NCBI GenBank assembly: GCA_020629935.1
Contig: JAHDCJ010000012.1
Span: 1-63,051 of the forward strand
Direction: 5' to 3'
Length of the DNA: 63,051 nt
Source of the DNA: Saprospiraceae bacterium
Lineage (GTDB): Bacteria > Bacteroidota > Bacteroidia > Chitinophagales > Saprospiraceae
Shown here: in pieces, positions 21,247-32,051 of the stretch
Layout: each line of letters begins with the position of its first letter
Numbering within the stretch: the stretch's first letter is position 1
Made by a program: the position numbers and the translations under genes
Notes under the pieces: generated by a model
What the model was told of the DNA's origin: nothing
The model's database searches: none
The model's input: only the letters and a program-made list of their open reading frames with translations

Positions 21247-21816
21247 ATGAGTTTTCAATTTTTAGATCATACGTGGACCTTGTTTTTAGATAGAGATGGT
21301 GTAATCAATAAACGATTGCCTGGCACTTATGTGAAAACTATTGATGAATTTTCGTTTACACCAAATGCCTTATCTGCCTTTCCTATTTTTCAAACTGTTT
21401 TTAATAAAACGATTGTAGTCACTAATCAGCAAGGAATAGGTAAAGGCATAATGACGAAAGAAGATTTAATTGAAGTGCACGAATGGATGAGTGAAAAAGT
21501 AGAAGCTTCGGGCGGGCGCTTTGATGCTATTTATTACTGTGCAGAAACAGCCATTGAAGATCCATTTTGTAGAAAGCCCAAACCCGGAATGGCGCTTAAG
21601 GCCAAACGTGTTTTTCCTTCTATCCATTTTGAAAAAAGCATGATGGTAGGCGATTCTAAAAGTGATATTGAGTTTGGGCAATATCTTGGAATGCGCACCG
21701 TTTGGATCAAAGGAAAAGAAGAAGAACACCAAGCAATAGCCAATCTAAATCCAGATTTTAGTTTTGATTCTTTATTTGCTTTCGCAGAAAAAATAAAAAA
21801 GGATTTGAATCTTTAA
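21247..21816 (+). CDS. gmhB: D,D-heptose 1,7-bisphosphate phosphatase-like HAD-IIIA hydrolase
   Basis: HAD motif I LFLDRDGVIN, VVTNQQGI, the GmhB-typical CRKPKPGM, and motif IV VGDSKSDIEFG. Confidence 0.75.
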   Translation: MSFQFLDHTWTLFLDRDGVINKRLPGTYVKTIDEFSFTPNALSAFPIFQTVFNKTIVVTNQQGIGKGIMTKEDLIEVHEWMSEKVEASGGRFDAIYYCAETAIEDPFCRKPKPGMALKAKRVFPSIHFEKSMMVGDSKSDIEFGQYLGMRTVWIKGKEEEHQAIANLNPDFSFDSLFAFAEKIKKDLNL

Positions 21817-22844
21817 TTTGATTTAAAAATCACTTTGGTATTTCCATAATCCATCGACTCTTCCAAACGATCCACTTCAGGAATTTCATTTAATCGAGCA
21901 ATGATTTTATTTCGAAGGACGCCTTTCCCTTTTCCATGAATGATATAAACAAAGGGTTTGTTAAATCGAATGGCATCTAAAATATAGGTCTCGAAGCGAC
22001 GAAGTTGGAATGCTAATTTCTCCCCATCAATCATTTTTTCATGGAGCGGAGTTAATTTTTCTATATGAAGATCAATTTGATTGGGAAAGGCTACACTTTT
22101 TGAAAGATCATTATTCTCGTAGTCATAATAATTCGAAGTATTCGATTTTCGATCACTTTTAGTATGAACCTTGGTATAGTCTTTTAACGAAGCATGTTCA
22201 TTTTTAGGGTTATTACAGGCTAAAGGGAATACATGCATTTCTTTATTAGAGATGGATTCTAGAGCTAATTTTTTGAAAAACTTTTGCGCCTTTATTTTAA
22301 GGTCAAAATTAAAATTTACATGCGATCCATCGGTAGTTACTTGGCGTAACTCCAATGTAAACCTTGGGGAATCATTGAGTTCATCTTTTTGTAAATACCC
22401 CAATTGAACTAAAGTACCTGCCTTTAATTGGCCATCCATTTTTTTTGACAATTGTTGGTTTAATGACCACGAGACAATATATATATAGTCTATAGTACCT
22501 GGATTGCTTAGATAAATGATATAAGAACCAACCGTTCCGTCAGACATAAGTTTCGGGTCAAAGCTTAGCGCAGGGGATAAACCCTTTTCAGGTTTAACAG
22601 CGATGTTTGGGAGTGAAGGCTCTTGAGTTTTTTCTATGGTCTCCTTTACTTCTTTTGGTGGCAAATCTTCTTTGCTAGATTTATTAAAATAATCATAAGG
22701 AGCCAAATCTTCTAAATAGCATGGAATACTCATGTCGTCTTCAGGTAAGAAGACCTCTGCCATTTCATCAGGTAACATTTGAGTAATAGTGCCTACATCT
22801 CCAGAATTGACGAGACGAACTTTCATTCCTTTAGAAAATAACAT
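21813..22844 (-). CDS. Smr (MutS2 C-terminal-like) domain protein
   Basis: C-terminal Smr signature DLHIEKL...VYIIHGKGKGVLRNKI. Its stop overlaps the gmhB stop by 4 nt (TTAA). Confidence 0.75.
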   Translation of the reverse strand: MLFSKGMKVRLVNSGDVGTITQMLPDEMAEVFLPEDDMSIPCYLEDLAPYDYFNKSSKEDLPPKEVKETIEKTQEPSLPNIAVKPEKGLSPALSFDPKLMSDGTVGSYIIYLSNPGTIDYIYIVSWSLNQQLSKKMDGQLKAGTLVQLGYLQKDELNDSPRFTLELRQVTTDGSHVNFNFDLKIKAQKFFKKLALESISNKEMHVFPLACNNPKNEHASLKDYTKVHTKSDRKSNTSNYYDYENNDLSKSVAFPNQIDLHIEKLTPLHEKMIDGEKLAFQLRRFETYILDAIRFNKPFVYIIHGKGKGVLRNKIIARLNEIPEVDRLEESMDYGNTKVIFKSN

Positions 22845-22988
22845 AGTGGATTAATTTTAAACTAATAGAGAAAATTAGAAGTAACTACAATCAAAAAAAT
22901 AGATTACTAAACCATAAAGATAATTTTGTCCACGGACTTATTTACCTTTGAGCAGAAAAAAGAAGGGAATTTTAAATTTATCATTTAT

Positions 22989-23648
22989 ATGAGCAAAGTA
23001 TTTGAAGGAAGAACCCGATGGAAAATAGCCCAAGCTGCCGAAATACGCTGGTGGCAAAATTATCTAAAGAAAAAACCAGTAGGTGATTACCTCACTTGGA
23101 AAAAGGCCTATTGGGAAAAACTTTTAGATGAAATTGAAGTGCATACAAAACCCAATAGTCAAGTCTTAGATGCAGGATGTGGACCCGCTGGTATTTTTAT
23201 GGTTACCAATGCTTGTAAAACAGATGCTGTAGATCCTTTGCTCAATGATTATGCAGAGAAAATTGATCATTTCAAAAAAGAAAATTATCCTTCTGTCCGA
23301 TTTTATAGTCAAGCTTTGGAAGCTTATACTCCTGATGTCGCATATGATACTATCTTTTGTATGAATGCAATCAACCACGTTTCTGACCTTGATCAATGTT
23401 TTGATAAATTGGTAGAAATGACTAAACCTGGTGGGGAATTAGTAGTTTCGATTGATGCGCACAATTATGGTTTTTTTAAACATCTATTTCGATTGTTGCC
23501 AGGAGATATTTTGCATCCGCATCAATTTGATTTAGAAGAATATCAAGAAATGCTAACTAAAAGAAATTGTACCATAACACGTACGGTATTGTACAATAAA
23601 GAATTCTTCTTTAACTATTTCATTTTGGTCGTAAAAAAAGCGGACTAG
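22989..23648 (+). CDS. Class I SAM-dependent methyltransferase
   Basis: Motif I VLDAGCGPAG and post-I/II motifs. The track begins at TTG 22926, but ATG 22989 is the first ATG. The start is uncertain. Confidence 0.75.
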   Translation: MSKVFEGRTRWKIAQAAEIRWWQNYLKKKPVGDYLTWKKAYWEKLLDEIEVHTKPNSQVLDAGCGPAGIFMVTNACKTDAVDPLLNDYAEKIDHFKKENYPSVRFYSQALEAYTPDVAYDTIFCMNAINHVSDLDQCFDKLVEMTKPGGELVVSIDAHNYGFFKHLFRLLPGDILHPHQFDLEEYQEMLTKRNCTITRTVLYNKEFFFNYFILVVKKAD

Positions 23649-23658
23649 AAAGTCCGCT
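23639..23658 (-). terminator. Intrinsic terminator of the 406-aa lipoprotein gene, overlapping the stop codon of the convergent methyltransferase gene
   Basis: Stem agcggac / gtccgct with loop tagaaa. On the minus strand it is followed by T7. Confidence 0.65.
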
Positions 23659-23685
23659 TGTAAGGTATATATTACTGTATATATA

Positions 23686-24906
23686 TTATGGTGTCGGATT
23701 TTTAACAATCCGATGATTTTGTCGTATAAGATTTTCGATATCTTCTTTAAGAACTTCCATCGCTAAATATAGCATATCCATATCATTTGGAAAGATCGCA
23801 GGACGATTACCTATTTTTCTATTGGTTTCGTCTTTCAACGCTCTACGGTCTCCCTCAAAAGTAGCAGCATAGTTTTCAAAAAATGCCTCTGATCGGATAG
23901 GGAAGTGATAAAGGGCTTCATTTGTTCGACCATTAAAATACTCTAAATCGCCTTCTAAAAGACCAGATTTACGCTGTAGAGTTTCAAATACTCTTGCATA
24001 AATGGTAACATAAGCCGGCACCTTAATATCATTCCCTAAAGTATCTTTGGCCACATTTCCATTTTGGTCATAGACAAATTCTTCTCCTTCTTGAATTTGT
24101 TTTTCTTCTACATATTGCACATTATCGGTGGTTTCAGGACTAACCGCAATATTGGTCATATTGGCAACGATAATATAATCATAGGTTTTAGCAGGGTCTT
24201 GTTGTTGATGATATTGAACCCAAGTACTATTTGAGGCTCGAGTGTTCATATTGAAAAGTTCTCTTTCAAAACTGCTTGGAATGACTGCGTATGCCGAATT
24301 CCTCATTTTAAATAAGACATGATTCATTCCCAATTCTTTGGCTTCAGCCATCAGTCGAGTCTTATCTTTATAAGTACTGTAGTACTTTTCAATTTTATCA
24401 AATTGATTAAAAGCTTCTCTTGCGCTCAATTTATTTTGAGAAGACTTGGCTTCTTCTAATAATTGAATACCTCTAGCATAAAGAAAGGCAGCTGCTTTTT
24501 CTTTTGATTCTAAAATGAGATCATTGGTACGAACAAATTTTAAAGTTGCTTTTCGATTTCCTTCACTAGCTACATACAACGGCAATAATGGTTTAACTTT
24601 TTCTTGTCTTCGAGCTATTCGATTAGCAATGCTATTAATCTCTTCCCAACTTTCAGGTTCTCCTTCTTTTTTTAAGAAGGTAATTTTACCCATGTCTTTT
24701 TCAGTTTGTTTGGTAAATGCTTCTTCTAGTGAAAGGATGTGTTGGTCTTTCTTGTTTTTTTTCGACAATTTTTTTACTGCCAAATCAATAGCTTTTGTAT
24801 ACTGACCTTTATAGGTTAATTTTTGAGGTGTCATGCAAGCACCTAAAAATAGAGATAAACATAATCCTATAAAGCAAAATCGAGGGTATAAAGTTTTATT
24901 AATCAT
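23686..24906 (-). CDS. Lipoprotein, function unknown
   Basis: 406 aa with a signal peptide and lipobox (LFLGAC). I recognised no family. Confidence 0.55.
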   Translation of the reverse strand: MINKTLYPRFCFIGLCLSLFLGACMTPQKLTYKGQYTKAIDLAVKKLSKKNKKDQHILSLEEAFTKQTEKDMGKITFLKKEGEPESWEEINSIANRIARRQEKVKPLLPLYVASEGNRKATLKFVRTNDLILESKEKAAAFLYARGIQLLEEAKSSQNKLSAREAFNQFDKIEKYYSTYKDKTRLMAEAKELGMNHVLFKMRNSAYAVIPSSFERELFNMNTRASNSTWVQYHQQQDPAKTYDYIIVANMTNIAVSPETTDNVQYVEEKQIQEGEEFVYDQNGNVAKDTLGNDIKVPAYVTIYARVFETLQRKSGLLEGDLEYFNGRTNEALYHFPIRSEAFFENYAATFEGDRRALKDETNRKIGNRPAIFPNDMDMLYLAMEVLKEDIENLIRQNHRIVKNPTP

Positions 24907-25150
24907 CGCTTTAATTTTTAGGGTTTGAAAATAAATTAAATGTACATTATATCATATTAAAGCCAAAGCCTATGCCAAAATTTTAGGCTTAAAAAATATT
25001 CTCCACAAATGTGAATAAAAAAGAGTCAATTCACGTGGTTTTTTTCCGATTAAATTTTACATTTGCCCATCGCACGAAATAAGGTTAATGTTTTGTTAAG
25101 ACCTTATTTATTTAGAACAAATCTAAATACTTTTCAACCTTCCAATTTTG

Positions 25151-25181
25151 TTGGTTATGGTTGTTCTGTATTGTAAATTTG
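25151..25181 (+). promoter_or_regulatory. Candidate promoter of the ACIII/cox cluster (TTG-N20-TAAATTTG)
   Basis: TAAATTTG at 25174-25181 is a perfect TAnnTTTG, with TTG at 25151-25153. It lies about 40 nt upstream of the actA ATG. A second box, TACATTTG at 25058-25065, is an alternative. Confidence 0.4.
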
Positions 25182-25221
25182 TGTGAATTCTAATACGTCT
25201 TAGAAAATAAAGAAATTGGAA

Positions 25222-26646
25222 ATGATATTTAAACCTTTGAGAGCCAAGATTTTGATGTTGCTTTTTGCAACTTTCAGCCTTTCTTCTGCTTTCTCGCAAG
25301 ATGCTCAACCAGACGGGAAAGCACTCTTTAAAGCCAAATGTGCAAGTTGTCACAATAAAAATATGAAGGATGACCTTACTGGGCCAGCCTTAGGTGGTTT
25401 TGAAGAACGATGGGCAGATTATCCGCAAGAAGACTTATATGCGTGGATAAGAAATTCACAAAAACAAATTTCTGATGGTCACCCTAAAGCGGTAGAGTTA
25501 TGGAAAGAATGGTCACCTACAGTGATGACTCCTTTTACAGACCTTACTGATGCAGACATCGAACAGCTTTTATTGTTTGTTGATAATGTATACTATAATA
25601 GAGGACCTTACAAACCTAAAGAAGTTACTGTTGCTGGTGGTGGTGATAATAGTGGATCTAAAAAGTCAGGAATGAGTGGTGCTATGATGGGTATCCTCTT
25701 TTTGGTCTTAGCAGCATTCGCATTAGCACTATCTAGAATTATTGCTAACCTTAATCACATGTCTGCAGTCAAAGCAGGTGATACAAATGCAAAACGTAAA
25801 ACTTTTATGGATATGCTTACTAGCAAATCTGTTATTGGTTTTGTCATTTTTGCTTTAGTAATTATAGGTGGTTACTTTACCGTTAATAATGCAATTGATT
25901 TTGGAAGACAGCAAGGTTATGCACCAGAACAACCAATTAAATTCTCGCACGAAACGCATGCTGGGGTGAATAAAATTGATTGTCAATATTGTCATGATGG
26001 TGCACGTCGTAGTAAACATGCAACCATTCCTGGTGTCAACACCTGTATGAACTGTCATGAAGCAGTTAAAGTAGGATCAACTTACGGAACAGCTGAATTA
26101 TCTAAAATTTATGCTTCTGCTGGATTTAACCCAGTAACTGGAAAATACTTTGAAGATTACGAGAACGTAAATAAAGATACCGTCAAAGCCATGTTTGCTG
26201 AATGGATTGAGTCTCAATATGTAGCGAGTGATGTAGGAAAGACAAAGAGCGAAGCTGCGGTTAGTAAGTTTGTTGCTAATCAATTGAATGGAACAAAGAC
26301 AGAACCTGGCGTAGCTAGTTATATCCAATCACCTATCGAATGGGTACGCATTCACAACTTACCAGATCATGCTTACTTTAATCACGCTCAACACGTGAGT
26401 GTAGGAAAAGTAGAATGTCAAGATTGTCATGGTAAGGTAGAAGAAATGGAAGTTCTACAACAATATGCTCCATTATCTATGGGATGGTGTATCAATTGTC
26501 ACAGACAAACAGAAGTTAAAACAGATGGTAGTGATTATTATGCAAAGGCTTACAAACAGTATGTGCATGATAAAGAAGACGGAAAGATCGATAAAATCGC
26601 TGTAGAGGATATCGGAGGTCTTGAATGTCAAAAATGTCACTATTAA
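25222..26646 (+). CDS. actA: Alternative complex III subunit ActA (multiheme cytochrome c) with an extra N-terminal monoheme cytochrome c domain
   Basis: Six CXXCH motifs: CASCH, CQYCH, CMNCH, CQDCH, CINCH and CQKCH. A central TM helix is present. It is the first gene of the actABCDEF order. The track start TTG 25216 is replaced by ATG 25222. Confidence 0.9.
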   Translation: MIFKPLRAKILMLLFATFSLSSAFSQDAQPDGKALFKAKCASCHNKNMKDDLTGPALGGFEERWADYPQEDLYAWIRNSQKQISDGHPKAVELWKEWSPTVMTPFTDLTDADIEQLLLFVDNVYYNRGPYKPKEVTVAGGGDNSGSKKSGMSGAMMGILFLVLAAFALALSRIIANLNHMSAVKAGDTNAKRKTFMDMLTSKSVIGFVIFALVIIGGYFTVNNAIDFGRQQGYAPEQPIKFSHETHAGVNKIDCQYCHDGARRSKHATIPGVNTCMNCHEAVKVGSTYGTAELSKIYASAGFNPVTGKYFEDYENVNKDTVKAMFAEWIESQYVASDVGKTKSEAAVSKFVANQLNGTKTEPGVASYIQSPIEWVRIHNLPDHAYFNHAQHVSVGKVECQDCHGKVEEMEVLQQYAPLSMGWCINCHRQTEVKTDGSDYYAKAYKQYVHDKEDGKIDKIAVEDIGGLECQKCHY

Positions 26647-26692
26647 TATTATATAGAAAAAACACTTGCTTTATAAATACGATCAAATAATC

Positions 26693-29600
26693 ATGAAGAA
26701 GCAAAATAAAAATATCTGGGTTGGTGCTGAAGAAATGAATCAGGATCCAGAATTGATCAAACAATTGCAAACCGATGAGTTCTTCGAACTTCCTGTTATG
26801 GATGCGCTTTCTGATGAAGAAAGAGTTGACGAAGCAACCAAAGGAAGTAGCCGTCGAGACTTTTTGAAATACATGGGCTTCGGACTAGGTGCTGCTACAA
26901 TCGCTGCATCTTGTGAAATCCCTGTAAAAAAAGGAATCCCTTATGTAGTAAAACCAGACGCTATTGTTCCTGGAATCGCTACATATTATGCCTCTACCTA
27001 TATCCAAGGTGGTGATGTTTGTCCAGTTGTCGTAAAAACTCGGGAAGGAAGACCTATTAAGATTGAAGGAAACAACATGTCTTCCATGACCAATGGAGGT
27101 ACTAGCGCTAGAGTTCAAGCAAGTGTGCTTGAATTGTACGATACTTCAAGAATTAAAGGACCTGGTAAAATAAAAGGGGAATACAATCGTCAAAACCCTG
27201 TAGATATTGCAGATTGGGCAAAAGTCGATAAGGCAATTATGGATCAGCTGAATGCTGGATCTAGAATTCGTATCGTTGCTAATACTATTGTTAGTCCTAC
27301 TACAAAAGCAGCAATTGCTGCTTTTAAAACAGCTTATCCAAATACAGAAGTGGTGATGTATGATGCCGTTTCGTATTCAGGTATGTTAATGGCTAACTTA
27401 GCTTCTTTTGGTGAAGCTTATCAAGCATTACCTTCTTATCGTTTTGATAATGCAAAAACGATTGTAAGTATTGGTGCTGACTTCTTAGGTACATGGGTTT
27501 CTCCAGTAGAATTTGCAAACCAATATGCTAAAACACGGCGTATTGATGATGTGAATAATGCATCTGTTTCTCGTCTAATCTGTTTTGAAAGTTATATGTC
27601 TTTAACTGGATCAAATGCAGATAATCGGGTGATGGTTCGTCCTTCAGAAGTAGGAATTGCTATCGTAGCTCTACATAATGAAGTGGCTAAATTAGCAGGC
27701 GGAACTAGCGTAAGTGGTGGCGGAAACTTCGCTCATGAAAATGCAGCAAATGGAGTTAAACAGGCCGCTCAAGATTTATGGAATACACGAGGACAAGGAT
27801 CTTTGGTGGTTTCAGGTTCTAATAATGTAAGTGAGCAAATCTTAATAAATAACATTAATAATATGTTGGGAGCATATGGAAAAACCATTGATTGGTCTTC
27901 TCCATGTTACCAACGACAAGGAATTGATAAAAATGTTACAGATTTAATTCTTCAAATGAACAGCGGAAATGTAGATGCTGTTTTTGTTATGGGAGATGCC
28001 AATCCAATATATGATCTTCCTGATGGAGATAAATTTGCCACAGGTTTGAAAAAAGCGAAGTTAAGCGTTTCTTTTGCTGCTTTGCCAAATGAAACAATGG
28101 CTGCTTGTCAATTTTCTTGTCCAGATCATCATTACCTAGAATCTTGGGGTGATGCAGAAGCAAAGAAAGGACAGTATATGTTGGTTCAACCAACTATTCA
28201 ACCTTTGTTTGATACAAGAGCTAAAGAATTGACTTTATTGACTTGGGCTCAAGATGAAATTACTAAACAAGGACATGAAGACGCTTACTACGAATTCATG
28301 CAAAGAAATTGGGAGTCTACCGTTTTTGGTAGCCAAACAAAATTCCAATCTTTCCGATCTTTTTGGGATAGTGCTTTACATGATGGTGTAGTCAATGCAG
28401 ATGCAACAGAAACTGGAAGCCCAGGATTTATAGGAGATGTAAGTGCCGCTGCAGGAAAAGTTAGCAAACCCAATACAGGTGGAATGGATGTTACTTTCTA
28501 TGAAACTGTAAATATTGGTGCTGGACAATTTGCAAATAACCCTTGGTTACAAGAGATGCCAGATCCTTTAACTCGTTGTGTTTGGGATAACTTTGTTTTG
28601 GTAAATATCAAATGGGATGGCGATCGTCGTTTTGAAGGATTTAATGGTTTGAAAAGTGGAGATTTAGTTGATGTAACTATCAATGGAGAAACCATGACAA
28701 TGCCAGCTTATATCCAATTCGGACAATTAGAAAATACTTGTGCGATTGCCGTCGGATACGGAAGAACAGTATCGGGCCGAGCAGGAACAGGGGTAGGAAA
28801 AAATGTATTTCCTCTCTTAAAACGAGATGCAGACGGGAATACTCAGTTCTATGCTTCTGATGTAACCATCTCCACTAAAAAAGGAACCGATTCACGATTC
28901 GCTTGTGTACAATATCACCACACGATGGGAGTAAAAGTGGATGGTGAAGGCGATAATGTAGATGAAACAGCATTAATGACTTTAGGAAAAGGCTTCCAAG
29001 GTTCATTAGTTGATCGTACGGTAATAAGAACTTCAGACATATCTTCTCTTAAGAAGGATGTAGAAGATTTAATACATGAGAGAGAACATGCACAACATTT
29101 AAATGACCGAACCATGTATCCTGGTCACGATAAATTCTATAAAATGGGTCACCATTGGGGAATGAACGTGGACATGAATACTTGTATTGGATGTGGAGCT
29201 TGTCAAGTAGCTTGTGTAGCAGAAAATAATGTACCTGTTGTAGGTAAAAAAGAGGTAAATCGCCACCATGAAATGACTTGGATGCGAATTGACCGATATT
29301 TTTATGGTGATGTGGAAAATCCAAATGTGGTTTATCAACCATTAATGTGTCAACACTGTGATAATGCACCATGTGAAAATGTTTGTCCTGTAGGAGCAAC
29401 CAACCACAGTTCCGAAGGATTAAATCAAATGACATATAACCGATGTATTGGTACTCGATACTGTGCAAATAACTGCCCGTATAAAGTACGACGATTCAAT
29501 TGGTTAGATTATACAACCGCGGATTTATTCCCTTGGAATGAAAATGATCCGATGACGCAGAAACCAGATTTAGAGGAAGAACCATTCTACGCGAGTTACT

Positions 29601-29926
29601 TAACACGTATGGTATTAAACCCAGATGTAACGGTAAGATCTAGAGGGGTAATTGAAAAATGTAGTTTCTGTGTACAACGAATCCAAGAAGGAAAGTTAAT
29701 GGCAAAAGTAGAAAACCGTCCATTAAGAGAAACGGATGTGGTTACTGCTTGTCAATCTGCTTGTCCAACAAATGCGATTACTTTTGGTGATTTAAATATT
29801 AAAACAGCCAAGATAAATCGAGATTGGGCAAGTCCATTGAATTACAAAGTATTAGAAGAAGTAAATGTTCAATCTTCAGTAGGTTACACAATGAAAGTAA
29901 CCAATAAGAATGAGAAGATTAGCTAA
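26693..29926 (+). CDS. actB: Alternative complex III subunit ActB (Tat-exported molybdopterin-oxidoreductase-like and Fe-S fusion)
   Basis: Tat motif SRRDFLKYMGFG. Ferredoxin-type clusters CIGCGACQVAC, CQHCDNAPCENVCP, CIGTRYCANNCP and CSFC...CQSACP. About 1077 aa from ATG 26693. Confidence 0.95.
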   Translation: MKKQNKNIWVGAEEMNQDPELIKQLQTDEFFELPVMDALSDEERVDEATKGSSRRDFLKYMGFGLGAATIAASCEIPVKKGIPYVVKPDAIVPGIATYYASTYIQGGDVCPVVVKTREGRPIKIEGNNMSSMTNGGTSARVQASVLELYDTSRIKGPGKIKGEYNRQNPVDIADWAKVDKAIMDQLNAGSRIRIVANTIVSPTTKAAIAAFKTAYPNTEVVMYDAVSYSGMLMANLASFGEAYQALPSYRFDNAKTIVSIGADFLGTWVSPVEFANQYAKTRRIDDVNNASVSRLICFESYMSLTGSNADNRVMVRPSEVGIAIVALHNEVAKLAGGTSVSGGGNFAHENAANGVKQAAQDLWNTRGQGSLVVSGSNNVSEQILINNINNMLGAYGKTIDWSSPCYQRQGIDKNVTDLILQMNSGNVDAVFVMGDANPIYDLPDGDKFATGLKKAKLSVSFAALPNETMAACQFSCPDHHYLESWGDAEAKKGQYMLVQPTIQPLFDTRAKELTLLTWAQDEITKQGHEDAYYEFMQRNWESTVFGSQTKFQSFRSFWDSALHDGVVNADATETGSPGFIGDVSAAAGKVSKPNTGGMDVTFYETVNIGAGQFANNPWLQEMPDPLTRCVWDNFVLVNIKWDGDRRFEGFNGLKSGDLVDVTINGETMTMPAYIQFGQLENTCAIAVGYGRTVSGRAGTGVGKNVFPLLKRDADGNTQFYASDVTISTKKGTDSRFACVQYHHTMGVKVDGEGDNVDETALMTLGKGFQGSLVDRTVIRTSDISSLKKDVEDLIHEREHAQHLNDRTMYPGHDKFYKMGHHWGMNVDMNTCIGCGACQVACVAENNVPVVGKKEVNRHHEMTWMRIDRYFYGDVENPNVVYQPLMCQHCDNAPCENVCPVGATNHSSEGLNQMTYNRCIGTRYCANNCPYKVRRFNWLDYTTADLFPWNENDPMTQKPDLEEEPFYASYLTRMVLNPDVTVRSRGVIEKCSFCVQRIQEGKLMAKVENRPLRETDVVTACQSACPTNAITFGDLNIKTAKINRDWASPLNYKVLEEVNVQSSVGYTMKVTNKNEKIS

Positions 29927-29967
29927 ACGAATTGAATTTAACTATTAAATTATAATCGAAAATAATT

Positions 29968-31464
29968 ATGGGCCACGGTATATTTGTTGCTCCTACTCGG
30001 AAACCCCTGGTAACAGGAAGTAAGAGCTACCATGATATTACAGAGGACATTTGTTCTCCAGCGGAAAAAGCACCTTCAGTTGCTTGGGTAATAGGCATGT
30101 TAGTCTCGCTTGGTTTAGTAGCCTTCGGCGGGGCATGTCTCTTGATTACTATTTGGGTGGGTATTGGTTCTTGGAATCTTAACCGAACTATAGGATGGGG
30201 TTGGGATATTACCAACTTTGTTTGGTGGATCGGTATTGGTCACGCAGGAACATTGATCTCAGCGATTTTATTATTGTTTCGACAAAAATGGAGAACAGGT
30301 GTAAACCGTGCTGCAGAAGCAATGACGATTTTTGCAGTAATTTGTGCTGCTTTATTCCCTGGTATTCACATGGGAAGAATCTGGTTGGCTTTCTTCATTT
30401 TTCCTTATCCAAATACAAGAGGGCCGTTATGGGTAAACTTTAACTCGCCACTTTTATGGGATGTTTTTGCAATTAGTACATACTTTACCGTATCCTTATT
30501 ATTCTGGTATACAGGTTTAGTTCCTGATTTCGCTACATTAAGAGATCGAGCAAAAGGTATGAGAAAGCGGATTTATAGCTTTTTATCTTTTGGTTGGACT
30601 GGGTCAGCTAAACACTGGCAACGTCATGAATACTTATCTTTAGTATTAGCAGGATTAGCAACACCATTGGTACTTTCTGTACACACCATTGTAAGTTTTG
30701 ACTTCGCCACTTCCGTTATTCCTGGTTGGCACACGACGATTTTCCCTCCATACTTTGTAGCAGGAGCGATTTTCTCTGGGTTTGCCATGGTACAAACCTT
30801 AATGATTGTTTCAAGGAAAGTAATGAATCTTCAAGATTATATTACAATTACGCATATTGAAGCAATGAATAAAATTATTCTGTTAACAGGTACTATCGTA
30901 GGATGTGCCTACCTGACAGAGTTATTTATTGCATGGTATTCTGGATATATTTATGAGCAATTTGCTTTTATGAATAGAGCAATGGGACCTTATTGGTGGT
31001 CTTATTTTGGAATGATGCTTTGTAATGTAATTACTCCACAGCTATTTTGGATTAAAAAAATTAGAAGAAGTATCTTCTGGACATTCTTCTTATCTATTGT
31101 AGTTAACATCGGTATGTGGTTTGAGCGTTTTGTAATTATTGCAACTACTTTAGCAAGAGATTACTTGCCATCAAGTTGGAGTTATTACTGGCCATCAATA
31201 ATTGAGATTGGAGTATATTTATTTACTTTCGGATTGTTCTTTACTTTATATCTTATTTTCTCAAGAGTAGCACCAGTGGTTGCGATTGCAGAGGTAAAAC
31301 ACATACTTAAATATAACGGAGATCAATACCTAGCTAAGAATCGTGAAGATTACGAAGCAAAAACTGGGGTGAAAGTCGTTTTGGATGAAGATAAAGTTAC
31401 AGATGATCCAAATTACGAAGTAGATGATCAGATTGACGCGAACGATTTAGACGAGAATAATTAA
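29968..31464 (+). CDS. actC: Alternative complex III subunit ActC (NrfD/PsrC-like quinol-interacting membrane subunit)
   Basis: 498 aa and polytopic. It has an NrfD-like sequence ([26 protein letters not shown]) and the expected position after actB. Confidence 0.93.
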   Translation: MGHGIFVAPTRKPLVTGSKSYHDITEDICSPAEKAPSVAWVIGMLVSLGLVAFGGACLLITIWVGIGSWNLNRTIGWGWDITNFVWWIGIGHAGTLISAILLLFRQKWRTGVNRAAEAMTIFAVICAALFPGIHMGRIWLAFFIFPYPNTRGPLWVNFNSPLLWDVFAISTYFTVSLLFWYTGLVPDFATLRDRAKGMRKRIYSFLSFGWTGSAKHWQRHEYLSLVLAGLATPLVLSVHTIVSFDFATSVIPGWHTTIFPPYFVAGAIFSGFAMVQTLMIVSRKVMNLQDYITITHIEAMNKIILLTGTIVGCAYLTELFIAWYSGYIYEQFAFMNRAMGPYWWSYFGMMLCNVITPQLFWIKKIRRSIFWTFFLSIVVNIGMWFERFVIIATTLARDYLPSSWSYYWPSIIEIGVYLFTFGLFFTLYLIFSRVAPVVAIAEVKHILKYNGDQYLAKNREDYEAKTGVKVVLDEDKVTDDPNYEVDDQIDANDLDENN

Positions 31465-31492
31465 TAAAAGAACATTATCAAATTTCATAGCA

Positions 31493-32023
31493 ATGAAAGG
31501 TAAACATAAAGACATTTTGTTCGGCTTATACAATGATGAAACAGAATTGTTGGATGCAGTACATACTGCACATGAAGATGGTCTTGAAATCATGGATGTA
31601 TATACGCCATTTCCAGTACACGGTTTAGATGAAGCCATGGGATTAAGTGAATCTCGTCTGCACATTGCAGGTTTCGTCTATGGTATGTTAGGAATAATGA
31701 CTGCTTTTGGATTTATGACTTGGGTCTTTACAAGAGATTGGCCTATAATATTTGGAGGTAAGCCTTATTGGTCTGTTCCTGCATTTATTCCGATTTCATT
31801 TGAGTTAACTGTACTCTTTTCCGCAGTAGGAATGGTAGTTACCTTTTATGTAATCTGTGGCTTAGGCCCAGGAGTTAAAAATCCAATTTTGCATGATCGA
31901 ATCACCGATGACAAGTTCTGTGTAGCTTTTGAAACGGATGGTTTAGCAAAAGATAAGATAGACGGATATCGAAGCTTTTTCTCTAAGACAGGAGCTTCTG
32001 AAGTTTTTGAAAAAAATATTTAA
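31493..32023 (+). CDS. actD: Alternative complex III subunit ActD (DUF3341)
   Basis: 176 aa. The N-terminus ILFGLYNDETELLDAVHTAHEDGLEIMDVYTPFPVHGLDEAMG is typical of DUF3341/ActD, and two TM helices follow. Confidence 0.9.
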   Translation: MKGKHKDILFGLYNDETELLDAVHTAHEDGLEIMDVYTPFPVHGLDEAMGLSESRLHIAGFVYGMLGIMTAFGFMTWVFTRDWPIIFGGKPYWSVPAFIPISFELTVLFSAVGMVVTFYVICGLGPGVKNPILHDRITDDKFCVAFETDGLAKDKIDGYRSFFSKTGASEVFEKNI

Positions 32024-32051
32024 AAAACGCTGTAAAAGCATTTTCTAAGAA

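Noticed and set aside
26885-29468. Several 60-140-aa minus-strand ORFs inside actB (for example 29049-29468 and 29099-29338). Out-of-frame or antisense ORFs also lie in actC, actE, actF, coxB, ctaD and the long coxIII gene (30027-30443, 32101-32898, 33269-34588, 34715-36298, 36610-37625, 40102-40338).
   Set aside because: All overlap highly conserved respiratory genes and none has a recognisable motif. The His-codon-rich regions give long open antisense frames by composition alone.
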